Assembly (NCBI GenBank): GCA_016705335.1
Contig: JADIYN010000015.1
Span: forward strand, 8,011 to 72,010
Source: Draconibacterium sp.
GTDB taxonomy: Bacteria > Bacteroidota > Bacteroidia > Bacteroidales > Prolixibacteraceae
Direction of reading: 5' to 3'
Length of the DNA: 64,000 nt
The translations under genes were made by a program, and so were the position numbers. Each line of letters opens with the position of its first letter. Position 1 is the first letter of the stretch. Shown piece by piece: positions 32,629 through 44,248 of the stretch. The notes under the pieces were generated by a model. It worked only from the letters and a program-made list of their open reading frames with translations. It ran no database searches and was not told where the DNA came from.

Positions 32629-33867
32629 TCAAACCAAAATATATGCTCCAAACAAACTATCCGTGCGTGCTTCTGTCAGTATAAAAAAGCCTGATTCAAT
32701 TTTGTTATCTACAATTTTCAAAGGGTGTTGTACTTCCATTTCATTTTTAAAATCGCTAAATGTTTTTCCTGGTATGAAATAAGTACTGAAAATCCCTTTT
32801 TTATTTTTTGAAATTAATTTTTCGAGCCGAAGCGCAAGTAAACCCATAGTGTAACGGACATTTATCTCAAGACACGGATTGATTTTGAGTTTGTTTTTAT
32901 CAAAATAAACCAAGGTGTCAACACCAAAATAACCTTCATAGAATGTTGCCATTTTGCTGTTTTCTATTGCATTAATTAATGGTTGACGGATTTCTCCAAC
33001 CATGAAATCTGCAAAATCCAAAATCGCTTTATCGATTGTATCGGGAAAACCATTTAAGTAATTCCCTTCGTACTGACCTTTGCTGTTTGTGTAAAAATAA
33101 CTGTTTCCAAGATGTTCAACTTTTCCTTTTTTTATTTCAAAAAGAAGTGCAAGGTCGAGCGCTTTTTTCAATAAAGGTTCAACAAGGGCATAACCCTGTT
33201 CTTTTACAATTCCCAATACTTTTTCCCAAACTTTTGGATGAACCGGCGCTTTTGTGATAGGCTGCAAACCCCTTCCGGAGCTGCTCCATGGAGCTTTTAT
33301 CATTACTTTTTCCCATAGTTTTATGGCGTCTTCAAAATCATTTTGAGTGGTGCAGATTTTTGGTTTTTTCTCTGCTGGTAAAATGAAGACATTTTTAACT
33401 GTTACTTGTAATTGTGTCAAAACTTCCAAAGCGAATTTTCGGGAAGTTATTTCGCGATGTTCAGGCAACCAGTTTAAAACAGGTGAATGTTGGAATTCAG
33501 AAGAACATGACTTTTTTAACGGTGCGAGGAATTTATGTGATGCCGGACTCCAGCCCCATGGGAGCAATTTATTTTTTGGCGAGTTAATAAATTGCTGGTT
33601 TTGAAGTGATTCATTTTTTAAAACAAAATTTGGGATATCGATTTTGAGTTGTTTTAATGAAGCAATAAACTCAGGAGACGGGAGTGTGTCAACCAAAACA
33701 AAATCATTTTTACTACCGAAAAACATTGAGAGCGATGACAAATCGGACTCCATTTTTTGAAGAATCCTGTTTGGTTGCCAGTTTGCATTTTGGTTGGCCA
33801 CAGCATATTCGCAGGTGGGGTTAAAAAGGTAAATATTAGGATTTTGATCAATCATTTTTTCCACCAT
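32629..33867 (-). CDS. Uncharacterised ATP-grasp-like protein
   Basis: PWGW, KAPWSSSGRG, LVEP, GYFGVD, CLEINVRYTMG (ATP-grasp E-x-N-x-R). Confidence 0.65.
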   Translation of the reverse strand: MVEKMIDQNPNIYLFNPTCEYAVANQNANWQPNRILQKMESDLSSLSMFFGSKNDFVLVDTLPSPEFIASLKQLKIDIPNFVLKNESLQNQQFINSPKNKLLPWGWSPASHKFLAPLKKSCSSEFQHSPVLNWLPEHREITSRKFALEVLTQLQVTVKNVFILPAEKKPKICTTQNDFEDAIKLWEKVMIKAPWSSSGRGLQPITKAPVHPKVWEKVLGIVKEQGYALVEPLLKKALDLALLFEIKKGKVEHLGNSYFYTNSKGQYEGNYLNGFPDTIDKAILDFADFMVGEIRQPLINAIENSKMATFYEGYFGVDTLVYFDKNKLKINPCLEINVRYTMGLLALRLEKLISKNKKGIFSTYFIPGKTFSDFKNEMEVQHPLKIVDNKIESGFFILTEARTDSLFGAYILV

Positions 33868-34254
33868 GTAAAGATTTTATCACGTTCAAGTAAAGCATTA
33901 TAAACAATTTTATTGATTAACAGAGTTAATTTTTTTGTTTATACATAGAAAATCAATTTTTATGTTAAGCATTTTGTATTAAATGAATATTAGTTACTAG
34001 TAATATATTGAATTGCCCCTGTTGTGAATAGGGTGATTCGGGAAAAATTATAACTATTATTCAGGAGAACCCTTATTTGTTTAACCAAAATTAACGTAAT
34101 CAGTAAAATATAGCTTATTTTTTAAGATTTATTGTATTTTGAAATTAATAATTACATTCGCACTATAAGAATCGATTAACCTTGGTTATAAACCAATGTC
34201 AGTCGAAATATAGTTTTAAATTTTTTTTTAATTCTAACTATCAAAAATTTTTCT

Positions 34255-36300
34255 ATGAAAAAACTTGCGCTGTTTTTAATTTGCATTTCTATTGCAGGAT
34301 TGTAAATGTTGAGTGCTCAGACCAAGAGCATTTCAGGTACGTAACCAATAGTGAGGACGGTGATTCTATGCCGGGTGTCTCAGTAATGGTTAAAGGAACT
34401 ACTCTGGGAGCTGTAACAACTTTGAATGGTTATTTTGCTTAATGTTCTGATTCCACACTTTTTTGCTTTATTGGAATGAGTAGAAGTTGAAATTGGAACA
34501 CCGTTTAAGTTTCATGGTCTGATGTAATTTCTGTAGTGAGTGTTGTGTGGCCAAAAGGAGGGGGTCTGGTTCAATTTCGCAAGTCAAGGGATGACCTTGC
34601 AATTAGCCACTCCAAGTTTTGAATCTCAGTTGCCGGGCGTTCGCTGGTGTTCGGTTCTGCGTGGCGTTTTGGGCGGCCGGTCAGGTTCGTGGAATCGGTT
34701 CCTCCTTCAGGTACTTACCCTTATGTTGTTGATGGTATGCCTGTATTTACAGGTGGTAGGTGGTATGCATCTCCAATGCAATGGCCGTATCAATCCGTTT
34801 GGTCGGTGGAAATACTGAAAGCGGTACAGGCAATTTTGGTTCAAGGCAGCCAACGGTGTTATTTTTAATCACAACAAAAAGGTACAAAGCATTTATGTTT
34901 CTATAATGGATATTGGGTGTTGCCTCTCCTGAAATCTTTTTGATCTTTTGGATTCAGCGTTTGTATGATTTCGATGAAAAAGGCAAACCGTGCCATCAGC
35001 ATTGCGTGGCGACGTAAATACAGTTGGCAGGATGCGGTTTCGTCATGCTCCGGGGGCTTCAGGGCACGCCTTTTTCATTAGGATATTCAGTTGGAAGGTG
35101 TTTCGTCCACGAAATGAATCGTTATCATTGCGGGCAAACATTGATCATAAAATTAAAAAATGGCTTACAATTGGATTGAATTCTTCGATTACAAGAACTG
35201 AAACTTTTGGTATGAATACAGGTACGAACTCACTTTCCGGGAATATTTTCTCAGCAATTCGTATGTTACCAAATACCTCAGTTTTTGATGTAAACGACCC
35301 AACCGGTTATAACATTGAAACAACAAATCAGCTCAAAAACATGGGTGTTCTTGCCGGTTTTATGCAAGTGCAAATATTACCCCTTAATTTCAGACTCAAT
35401 GGGGTTGATACAAAAGGGCTGAAGGTTTCAGACTGGAATCCTTTCCTGGTGATGGACAAAGTGTAAACGCCTTAAATACTTTCTAACCTGCCCTGGAACT
35501 GGCAAAACGTTTTAACTTATCAAAACAATTTGCAGATGTCACAATGTTAATGTAAATCTTGTAAATGAATTTCAACACAACTTTTCTTTTGTGCGGCAAT
35601 TGTCAAGTGCTTTTTGCCCCCTTCTGGTTCTTCGGCCTGTCGGAGGTTCTGATGGTTTCATTCTTGCGGGTTATTTGTTGGTATTTTATCAGGCTCGTTC
35701 GGTATGATGGTATTTCATCACTTCCTGCCGATAACCGATATGGTTTATTCCCCGGAGCTTCTGCCGGATGGACGATTTCCAATGAGTCATTTATGGAGGA
35801 TGTTTCATTCATCTCCGATTTAAAAGTACGTGGATCTTATGCTGAAGTGGGTAACACCGATATTGGAAACTACCCTTACCTTGGATTGTATTCTAACGCA
35901 CAGTATGCCAATTATAATGGTATCGCCTACTCCAGTGGAAACGCCATTGTGGGAAACCAGTAAAAAAACTGTATTGGAGTTGATGCAGCATTCATGAAAA
36001 TAAATTAAAAGATAACATTTGATTATTTTATCAATAATCAGGATAACTATTGGATCAACTCCTCCTTCCTGTATTCCGAAACAGAATTTCAAAGAATATA
36101 GGAAAACTGAAGAACTGGGGTTATGAGTTCTCATTCGATGCAATTTTATATGATAAGAATGATTTGCGTTTATCATTGGATGGAAACCTTTCATTGGTTA
36201 AAAATGAACGGGTTGATCCAGGATATACCCTATTCGGGGGCGCTTTGGTTGTTATCGGGCGTACGGCAATGGTACTTTATAAAAAGTGGTCCTTGGTCGG
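34255..36300 (+). pseudogene. susC: SusC/RagA TonB-dependent transporter, heavily corrupted (likely poor consensus)
   Basis: Remnants PGVSVMVKGTTLGAVT, PYVVDGMPV, RYDGISSL..NRYGLFPGASAGW, DLKVRGSY, NIGKLKNWGYEF; much shorter than a full SusC; many indels. Confidence 0.75.
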
Positions 36301-36499
36301 GATATTTCAAATTTTGATCCTGAACGCTTCTCTCTGTTTCGCTTCTTGGTTCCGGTGTCCCGGCTGCCGGCCATCCTGGCCGGGGGGCTGCGCGGGGCAG
36401 GGCGGCACAGGGGGAAGTAAAATGGGGGGGGGTGGCGCGGGTGGGGGGGGGGGTTTCTGGAGCGGCGGGGGGGGGGGGTCCCGGTCCTTATTTTGAAAA

Positions 36500-37445
36500 C
36501 CATTACTGCTATTGGGAGGTTTTGCGGCAAAAGCTGTTGAGTTTACGCAAAAATCATTCTGATTTGGATTATGAAGCTAACTTCCTAAATTCTGACCGCG
36601 AAACGAAAAATTACCAGGGCAACAAAGGGAGCTGCAATTGCTGCAAAAACAAGGGTTTATCAGCATATGTGGGATATGGATAAAGTAATTGTTGAAGGAA
36701 CTAAATTCATCAGTGGTTCGGCAGGAACCTACGCTTTAACAAAGCCCTCGGGTCCGTTTACTAATCCTTACGGAAATACTGAATCAATATTTGGAATGGA
36801 AAATTCTGCAACTTCAAATCCTGGTGTAAATGCTGCATTGGCATCCACACAAGCGGTTGGTTGCCGAGTCCATAATCTGGCGCAATGAAAGTGGCTTGTT
36901 GACGACAAAGGCGCGAAGAAGGGCAATGCCCAACTCCGGCTTCAGGCGTTGTATTCACCAATAAATACAAAGAGTAACAAACTATTCTGATCCTTCGCCA
37001 TGATGCGTTTGCCGAAGTAGTACTGAATATGGCTGAGCTTATGCCCGTAAAAAGATGTTACCAACGGATTAAAATATTTGAACATGGTACGCGACCGTGC
37101 ATTGGCAACACCGAAACTCAGTCATACAAAGCGTCTGTTTTGTTGATAATGTAGCATTGCTTGGAGCAATACTTGTTGAAAGGCGTATTAATTTGCATGG
37201 AAGGCAGACGTTGGCCCGATATTCACAGGTTGCAGCAATGTCCGCATTTCCCAATTAACGGTATTCCTGCAAAGTTGGCTAATGGTATGCCAAAAGGTAC
37301 CGACTTTGCGTTAGGTACTCCTTATTCCGGAGCCTTTGGAACTGTTGCAATTCCTTATTCCGATTTCCGTTTCCTTTGGCCAATTCCACAGGATGAAATC
37401 AATGCAAACCCGACTCTGGCAGAACAACAAAATCCAGGTTGGTAG
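36500..37445 (+). pseudogene. susD: SusD/RagB outer-membrane lipoprotein, corrupted (intact C-terminus)
   Basis: NTESIF, R.AEVVLN.AE remnant, EGRRWPDIHR, LWPIPQDEINANPTL..QNPGW. Confidence 0.75.
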
Positions 37446-37462
37446 AAAACTATAATTTAAAT

Positions 37463-37497
37463 TGGAGGCTGTCCGAATGGGCAGCCTCTTTTTTTTG
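37463..37497 (+). terminator. Intrinsic terminator after susD
   Basis: gaggctgtcc-gaat-gggcagcctc followed by a T tract. Confidence 0.85.
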
Positions 37498-37652
37498 TTT
37501 TCTATTTTAAAGTACTGATTTTAAAACCTCAGTTTAAAATTATATTTGAAAATTGGCTTTGAAAATCAGTTCTTGTATATTTTATTTTTTCAGCATTTAC
37601 AGGCAAACTTTCAAAAAAAGTGATAGTATGATGGTAATATTTCTTTACTGAA

Positions 37653-38907
37653 TTATTTATTCTCTGCTACTTCAACTGGCATTGCAGGCAATTCCAAAAG
37701 TACCAAATCACCTTCTTTTAGGCCTTCTTCAACCAAAACAGTTAGTTCGTTTTCGAAACCGGTTTTTATTTCCTGTTTTTTTATACTCTCCGGTGTTTTC
37801 AAATAAACATATTTCACCCCGTTTTCTTTAAAAACTGAAATCAACGGAACTGAAATAACATTTTCAGCATTTGCAAGAATAATGTCATTATTACTCGTCA
37901 TTGCCGGTTTTAGGCCATCATCGGTGTGGTCGAGATGGATAATTACTTTAAAGGCTTTCATATCAAAATCCTTGTGGCTTTCACCTACCCGGGCTATTGA
38001 TTTTATACTACCCATAATTATTGTACCTTCCAATGCATCAAAAGAAACCCGCACGCTGTCGCCAACTTTAATTTTGGCAATGTCAATTTCTTTCACATAT
38101 ATTTCCGAAATCACTTTTGACATATCAGGAAGCGTTGCAATTGGCGGTGCGAATTCATAAGTGGAAACATCATCGTCTTTGCTGTATTTCTTACCATCCC
38201 AGCTTTTACCAAAATTACAATACCATCTTCAGGTGCTGTAATCCGTGCAGCTTTCATAGCTTCTTTAAATTTTTCAATCATTTCGGTACTTCTGTCAACA
38301 TCGTCGGCAGAACGGCGCACCCTCATTTTTAGCCTGTTTTGTTCGAGTTTGTAATCCCTGCGTTTTTTCTCTATAAGATTCTCCGCCTTTTGGTAAGTCA
38401 TTTGAGCTTTGCGCTGGTACGCTTCCGATTCGTACACCGATTGTTCAAGGTCAATTTTGTTGTATTCCAGATCGAGTAGTGCATTTTTAATATCCTCGCG
38501 CATATTTGTTAAAGTAACTGCACTGTCGATTTTTGCGTTATTCAGATCGGCCATTTGTTTTTCCATATTTTGTTCTTCTTCACGCATCCCCGACATTACC
38601 TGGCTCGCATCAAGCTGAACTATAAATTCGCCCTTTTTTACATTTTTACCATCCTGTGCCAAATCTAAAATCTTCATCTGCCAAAGCCGCAGATCTCTGT
38701 CGCCAAGTATTTTTGGAGCACGAATCACAGTAGCTACCAATCCGTCTATTTCACCTTACAAGAAAGCACAGCTTCAAACTTTCCCTTTTTTACTTCGTAA
38801 TATTTTTGATTTTTTGTTGTTGAAGTAGTAAAATATAAACTTGCTGAGATAACAAGTACAATTAATACAGCCCCACCGTAAAAAATATATTTCCTGTTTT
38901 TTGCCAT
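37653..38907 (-). CDS. Efflux periplasmic adaptor (HlyD/MacA-like) no. 2, frameshifted
   Basis: Start MAKNRKY plus TM; VKKGE, coiled coil, APEDG, VKEIDIAKIKVGD, LKPAMT, EGLKEGD. Confidence 0.85.
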
Positions 38908-38910
38908 TTG

Positions 38911-40392
38911 TTATTTCTCTAAAATTCTGTCATAATTAACTTGTAACGGGGTATTTTTTTCAAAATCGAAAAGCGTCAAACTGCGTAACCTAAAATAGGA
39001 AGACCAGTAGTCGCGTAAACGATTGAGGTACGAAATCCGCGCATTTTCCTGATCTGTGCTGGCAATATTCAGTTTTATTACGTCTATTTTTCCTATCAGG
39101 AAACGCTGGAAAGTAACGCTGTAACCCAATTGGGCTACAGTATCGGCTTTTGCCGAATTTTTTACCTGGCTTGCCTGCAAATTAAACTCCATAACGCTTT
39201 GAAAAATATCCATTTCAAAATCTAAACGTTCCTGTTTTATTGTTGCCAGTGTTACTTCCCGGTTCGATTCGGCCATTGAAACCCGTCCTTTTGAACGTCC
39301 CCAATCAACAATTGGTACATTCAATCCCACGCTAAACTGTTGGCTTTTATCGGGTTGATCATAAACACCATTAAACTCCTCAGATGTTTTGCTTCGTCCA
39401 TACATGGCAAAAAGCGAAGTGTTTAAACCTGTTTCCGATTTGATACGTTTTACATTTTGGTCTTGTTGCAGTTTTAGTTGTTCGTGGTTAATCATTTCCG
39501 GGTTGTTCAGGATTGCCTGTGATAGCGCAACATCAGGGTTGATTTGCAGTTCGGGAATTTCACTTGGCACAATACATTCTATTTCCACATTTTTTTCGAA
39601 TCCCAAAAATGAATTTAAACTTGCCTGCGTTCTTTTTTCTTCCAATTGCGCCATACTCAGCGCCTGTTCAGCATTCAGCAAACTTAACTCAAGTTTAAGT
39701 AATTCATCCTGAGTAACAGTCCCAACCTGAAAACGGCCCATTCCTATTTTATATAGTGTGTCGGCGTTTGCATAATTGGTTTTAGCAATCCCTTTTTGAA
39801 TTTGAGCGGTTATCAGTTCAAAAAACTGTAATGTTGATTTAATCCGTAAATCTTCAACATCCTGGATGAACTCCTTCTTTGCTTTTTCGAATTTAAGTGG
39901 TTCGATTTTCGATTTCCATTTCAGTTCGTTGTACCCGTTCAGTTCCTGCGTATAACCAATGCTGAAAGGTGTTGCCGAAAAAGAAGTGTTTTGATCGCCG
40001 GCCAGGTTTTTAACCATTTCCAGATCCGACCGCACAAATAATTGTCCACCTGTTAACCCAATATTTTGAAAAGCATTAATGCCAATATCGGAGTTCAAAT
40101 ATTCCCTCAAGCGGAATTCATCTTCGTTAGTTTCGAAATTGTACTCTTTTTTAAGAAACCGGTTATAATCGAGCGGGTTTGTGCTCAAGGATATTCCGGG
40201 CCGCCGTTCAGCCTGGTAAAACCTGTATTCCCAGTAACTTGCCAGATACATGTTTTTATTTCTGAAAGCATCAATTGATTGTTTCGAAGCGATTTCGATA
40301 ACATCAGGCAAACTCAATTGTATTTTTTCCTGTGCTTTTGACTGAAAATAAAAGCCGGTAACAATAAAAAAGCTGATAATAATATTTTTCAT
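38911..40392 (-). CDS. TolC family outer membrane efflux protein
   Basis: Signal peptide, RFQVGTVT, VPIVDWG, RFLIGKID. Confidence 0.9.
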   Translation of the reverse strand: MKNIIISFFIVTGFYFQSKAQEKIQLSLPDVIEIASKQSIDAFRNKNMYLASYWEYRFYQAERRPGISLSTNPLDYNRFLKKEYNFETNEDEFRLREYLNSDIGINAFQNIGLTGGQLFVRSDLEMVKNLAGDQNTSFSATPFSIGYTQELNGYNELKWKSKIEPLKFEKAKKEFIQDVEDLRIKSTLQFFELITAQIQKGIAKTNYANADTLYKIGMGRFQVGTVTQDELLKLELSLLNAEQALSMAQLEEKRTQASLNSFLGFEKNVEIECIVPSEIPELQINPDVALSQAILNNPEMINHEQLKLQQDQNVKRIKSETGLNTSLFAMYGRSKTSEEFNGVYDQPDKSQQFSVGLNVPIVDWGRSKGRVSMAESNREVTLATIKQERLDFEMDIFQSVMEFNLQASQVKNSAKADTVAQLGYSVTFQRFLIGKIDVIKLNIASTDQENARISYLNRLRDYWSSYFRLRSLTLFDFEKNTPLQVNYDRILEK

Positions 40393-40413
40393 CTGTAATT
40401 AGTTGTTTTTGGT

Positions 40414-41796
40414 TTATGAACGCAAAGAAACTACGGGGTCGTTTTCTGAAGCCTTTTTGGCAGGAAGATAACCGAAAGTGATACCAACAATTACCGAAAC
40501 CCCAAAAGCAATAAAAATGCTGAATATTGAAACGATTGTTTTTATGTCGAAAACGGCTGTAATAACTTTCGAAAGTACAATACCGAGGATGATACCGATA
40601 ATACCGCCTGTTAAACTGATCAGTGTTGATTCGGCAAGAAACTGAGCAATAATATCTTTTTGTTTCGCGCCAACTGCCTGCCGAACGCCAATTTCGCGGA
40701 TGCGTTCCATTACCGATGCAAGCATTATATTCATGATCCCGATTCCACCAACGATAAGTGAAATTCCTGCAATTGCACCTAATACTACGTTAAAAATGTT
40801 TTTTGTTTTTTGCTGTTGTTTTAACAGAAGTTCAGGAATTGTAACTTCAAAATCGTATAATTCTGAATGGCGGAGAAGTAACATTCGTTTAATCAGATTG
40901 GCCGAATTACCTAGTTGTTCGGTTTCTTTTACCTGTACAATTATTTTATCCAACTGGTTGAGGTTGGGGTCAGTATCGCCTTTGTCTTCTTCTTGTTCAG
41001 CACCGCCAATAATTACAACCATACCATCGGCACCTCCGCGTTGGTTTGCTTTTGCAATTTCATCAGCTCTCAGTAGCGAACGGTTTTTAAATCGAAGTAA
41101 CATGGTTTCAACCGGAATAAATAATTTATTGTCAGAACTGCTGATTCCCAGTTCATCTGATGCAGAAGCGGTAAAATCACGCTGTTCAATAACGCCAATA
41201 ATTTTTAGCCATATCTGACCACATTTTATGTATTTTCCAATCGGATCGTCCTGTCGGAAAAACTGGGTTTTTATGTTGTTTCCGATAATGCAGACGGGCA
41301 GGCCTTTTTCTGTTTGCACGTCGTTAAAACGGTTGCCACTTGCCAACTGCATATTGAACAGATCGAAATAACTGTTTTCAATTCCTTCCAAAACAACCGG
41401 TTTACTGATTCCGTCGAGCAAAGCCGAGTAGTTGAATGAAATCACGGGGGTTATTTTTTCGATTGTAGGTAAAACCTGTTTTATGGCTTGAACATCAAGC
41501 AGAGTAAGTCCTTTCGAGAATTTCTTGCCTCCGGGTTTCCCATTATTTTCGGTGTTGTTGGCTGATGCATTTTCGTTAACGGTAAAAGTGCTTGGCGTAA
41601 CCACAATGTTGTTTACACCAACCAATTTAATCTGTTCGAGGATTTCCTGTTCGGCGCCGTTTCCAATTGCAAGCATACTGATTACGGCAGCAACGCCAAA
41701 AATAATACCCAGCGCGGTCAAAATCGACTTAACACGGTTGGCAATTATCGCTTCAACAGCAATTTGAATGTCGTGTAAATATCTTTTAATGAACAT
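40414..41796 (-). CDS. MacB-like ABC permease (no fused ATPase)
   Basis: RSILTALGIIFGVAAVISM, GGIGIMNIMLASVMERIREIG, DPVVSLR. Confidence 0.92.
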   Translation of the reverse strand: MFIKRYLHDIQIAVEAIIANRVKSILTALGIIFGVAAVISMLAIGNGAEQEILEQIKLVGVNNIVVTPSTFTVNENASANNTENNGKPGGKKFSKGLTLLDVQAIKQVLPTIEKITPVISFNYSALLDGISKPVVLEGIENSYFDLFNMQLASGNRFNDVQTEKGLPVCIIGNNIKTQFFRQDDPIGKYIKCGQIWLKIIGVIEQRDFTASASDELGISSSDNKLFIPVETMLLRFKNRSLLRADEIAKANQRGGADGMVVIIGGAEQEEDKGDTDPNLNQLDKIIVQVKETEQLGNSANLIKRMLLLRHSELYDFEVTIPELLLKQQQKTKNIFNVVLGAIAGISLIVGGIGIMNIMLASVMERIREIGVRQAVGAKQKDIIAQFLAESTLISLTGGIIGIILGIVLSKVITAVFDIKTIVSIFSIFIAFGVSVIVGITFGYLPAKKASENDPVVSLRS

Positions 41797-41814
41797 TATA
41801 TTGAGGATTAAAGA

Positions 41815-43209
41815 TTATTTGCTTACAACTATAGCGCCTGTTGCGCCTGGCATTTTAACCCCAACTGGCAAAGCCAATGGTTTTTGTTCCATTTGGCGCA
41901 TTTTTTCTTCTTCTGCTTTTTTCGCTTTTTCCTCCTCATTCTTGCGTAAAATGTCATTGTAGATTTCAAATCCGGCAAGTGCAAAATCTTCAGCATTTTC
42001 CGGCTCAGTTAAATATATTTGCTGCCCTTCTTCCAGACCCTTTCGAACAACCACAAAGTTTTCGTTTTCCTCGCCGGGTTCAATTATTTGTTTTGTATTT
42101 TTTCCATCGGCCAAATACACAAACGAAAGGCTGTCGTTTGTAAATACCGATTCGATAGGTATGAAAAGTGTATCGGTAAAAGCGTTGGTTTGAATTGTAT
42201 TACTTGTTGTCATGGCTGGTTTAAGTCCGGGGTCGGAGCCGTTTACTTTTATTTTTATCTCGAAAACCTTTGCATCGCTGTTGGGCATTAACTGTCCCAT
42301 GTTCGCCACTGCAACTACTTCGCCAGCAAGTTCTTTTTCAGGAAATGCATCAATTCCCACTTTCACTTTCTGTCCTTTTTTAATGAGTGAAATATCAATT
42401 TCGTTGATGAATGTTTTGGTTACAAGGTTATTCATGTCAGGAAAAGTAGCAATAATCGGACTCCACTGCGAAACGCGCGAACCGGTTTTTACTGTTCCGC
42501 CAAACGGATACTGGTAGTAAGAAATAATGCCCGCACGCGGCGAATAAATAATCAGAGCATCGATCAATTGGTTAAGCGCATCAACACGTTCGCGCACCTG
42601 TTTGTAGTTAATGAATTTCCGGGTAACTTTATTTGTTTCCTGCTGAGTGATTAATTCGTATGCAGTTTTTACCTGTTCGAGTTTGCGTTTGGCTTTGTCG
42701 AGATCCATCTCCCCTTTTCTTTGTACCGAAGGCGCTTCAAAAGCTGATTCCTGCACGGCAATTTCCTTTTCTTCCAAATCCAAACGGGCGTTTACAATTA
42801 AATCGCGCTGGTTGCTTAAAGTTAAATTCGAGTCGATTTTGCTGTCTTCGTATTCCGAAAGAGTTCTTTCCAAATCATCGAGTGCGAGTTTTCTTTGTTC
42901 TTCGACAGCCTGGTGGTCGAGTGTTGCCACATAATCGCCTTCCTTTACGAAAGTGCCTTCGTCCACCATATCAGTAATGGTTAACGATGAAATACGGATT
43001 TGCCTGTCGTTCATTCGGTCGGGTATTAAAATGTTGTCGGAGTTTTCCGATTCAAGTTGCCCTGTTGAATACACAAGTATTTCGAATGGTCCGCGCGAAA
43101 CCGATACGGTAAGCGCTGTGTTTGTGTTTTCCGGTCGCGAAAAAATAATAAATGCCAGGACCAGAACAGCAATTACAGCGGCAATTATTAGTAAAGATTT
43201 TTTATTCAT
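41815..43209 (-). CDS. Efflux periplasmic adaptor (HlyD/MacA-like) no. 1
   Basis: TM, EGTFVKEGD, coiled coil, INEIDI..GQKV..DAFP, LKPAMT. Confidence 0.9.
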   Translation of the reverse strand: MNKKSLLIIAAVIAVLVLAFIIFSRPENTNTALTVSVSRGPFEILVYSTGQLESENSDNILIPDRMNDRQIRISSLTITDMVDEGTFVKEGDYVATLDHQAVEEQRKLALDDLERTLSEYEDSKIDSNLTLSNQRDLIVNARLDLEEKEIAVQESAFEAPSVQRKGEMDLDKAKRKLEQVKTAYELITQQETNKVTRKFINYKQVRERVDALNQLIDALIIYSPRAGIISYYQYPFGGTVKTGSRVSQWSPIIATFPDMNNLVTKTFINEIDISLIKKGQKVKVGIDAFPEKELAGEVVAVANMGQLMPNSDAKVFEIKIKVNGSDPGLKPAMTTSNTIQTNAFTDTLFIPIESVFTNDSLSFVYLADGKNTKQIIEPGEENENFVVVRKGLEEGQQIYLTEPENAEDFALAGFEIYNDILRKNEEEKAKKAEEEKMRQMEQKPLALPVGVKMPGATGAIVVSK

Positions 43210-43629
43210 GGTTTATATCAATTGGTTGATAAAATTGGTTTTTTTGTTTAACAAAAATTGTGCCTTTGATTTCAACGGGAAGTACTGAAAAATATTTCAG
43301 AACAAATGTTAAATAAACTTTTTAGTTGTTAATGAAAAACGTTGACATTCCGGAAGTGTTAAAGCTCAATATCGTAAATAATATTGTTTAAAATCAAAAC
43401 ACAAAAAAAAAAAAATTCAATATCGAATAATCGATAACCAATAACAAGGTTAAATATCAAGCAATAATCAATATCAATTGGTGGTGGTGGGGGTGATCGG
43501 CAGGGTTGGGGGCGCGTGCGGGCTTTGCGGCGGCCGGCCTGCCGGGCATTGCCGGAAAAGGAACCGGCGAAACAACTAAAGCGAAAAGCCCGGCCGCCTG
43601 CCTCTCCAAAAAAAATAATTGTACCTTGT

Positions 43630-43656
43630 TGCAACATTTTTTTGTGTTGCACAGTC
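43630..43656 (+). promoter_or_regulatory. Probable autoregulated ECF promoter TGCAAC-N16-CAGTC
   Basis: -35 AAC and -10 GTC with typical ECF spacing, 13 nt upstream of the sigma ATG. Confidence 0.5.
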
Positions 43657-43669
43657 AGATGTGGTAGCT

Positions 43670-44248
43670 ATGAATGACGGAGATCTTGTACAGCAAATTT
43701 TAAACGGGAACAGTAATGCGTTCAGGTTTTTGGTGGCGAAACACCAGCGCCTGGTAGCACATATTGTTGGCAGGATTGTGCAACGGCATGAGGATGTGGA
43801 GGATATCAGCCAGGAGGTTTTTATTAAGGTTTACAGGAAACTAAAACTTTTCAGGGGCGAATCGCGACTTTCGACATGGATTGCTAAAATAGCTTACAAC
43901 ACAAGTATTTCGCACGTGAGGAAGCAACTTAAAAATGAACGGTCGTATGATGAAAGCCCGGCACTGGTTGCAAACGAAAGTGATGAAACACTTAACCAGA
44001 AAGGGATTGAGAGGGAGGAAGCAAAAAAATATCTGCTTGAACTAATTGAAGAGTTGCCGGTTCATTACAGAACGGTGCTTACATTGTTTCATTTGGAAGA
44101 GTTTTCATACAGGGAGATTGAGGAGATTACCGAAATGCCTGAGGGGACAATTAAAAGTTATCTTTCGCGGGCACGGAAAATTTTGAAGGAAAAATTGGAA
44201 AAAGTTGTGGAAGCTGAAAAAACAAATATTTTTACAGATTATGTATAA
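43670..44248 (+). CDS. ECF RNA polymerase sigma factor
   Basis: EDISQEVFIK, FRGESRLSTWI, FSYREIEEI..EGTIKSYLSRAR. Confidence 0.95.
   Translation: MNDGDLVQQILNGNSNAFRFLVAKHQRLVAHIVGRIVQRHEDVEDISQEVFIKVYRKLKLFRGESRLSTWIAKIAYNTSISHVRKQLKNERSYDESPALVANESDETLNQKGIEREEAKKYLLELIEELPVHYRTVLTLFHLEEFSYREIEEITEMPEGTIKSYLSRARKILKEKLEKVVEAEKTNIFTDYV

Noticed and set aside
36340-36490. G-rich tract (possible G-quadruplex; Gly-rich and Pro-rich ORFs)
   Set aside because: Sits inside the most corrupted region and is compositionally alien; most likely a consensus artefact unless confirmed by reads.
43470-43615. GC-rich insert upstream of the ECF sigma (ORF 43359-43652)
   Set aside because: No terminal repeats, coding signal or recognisable RNA fold; same character as the other junk patches.
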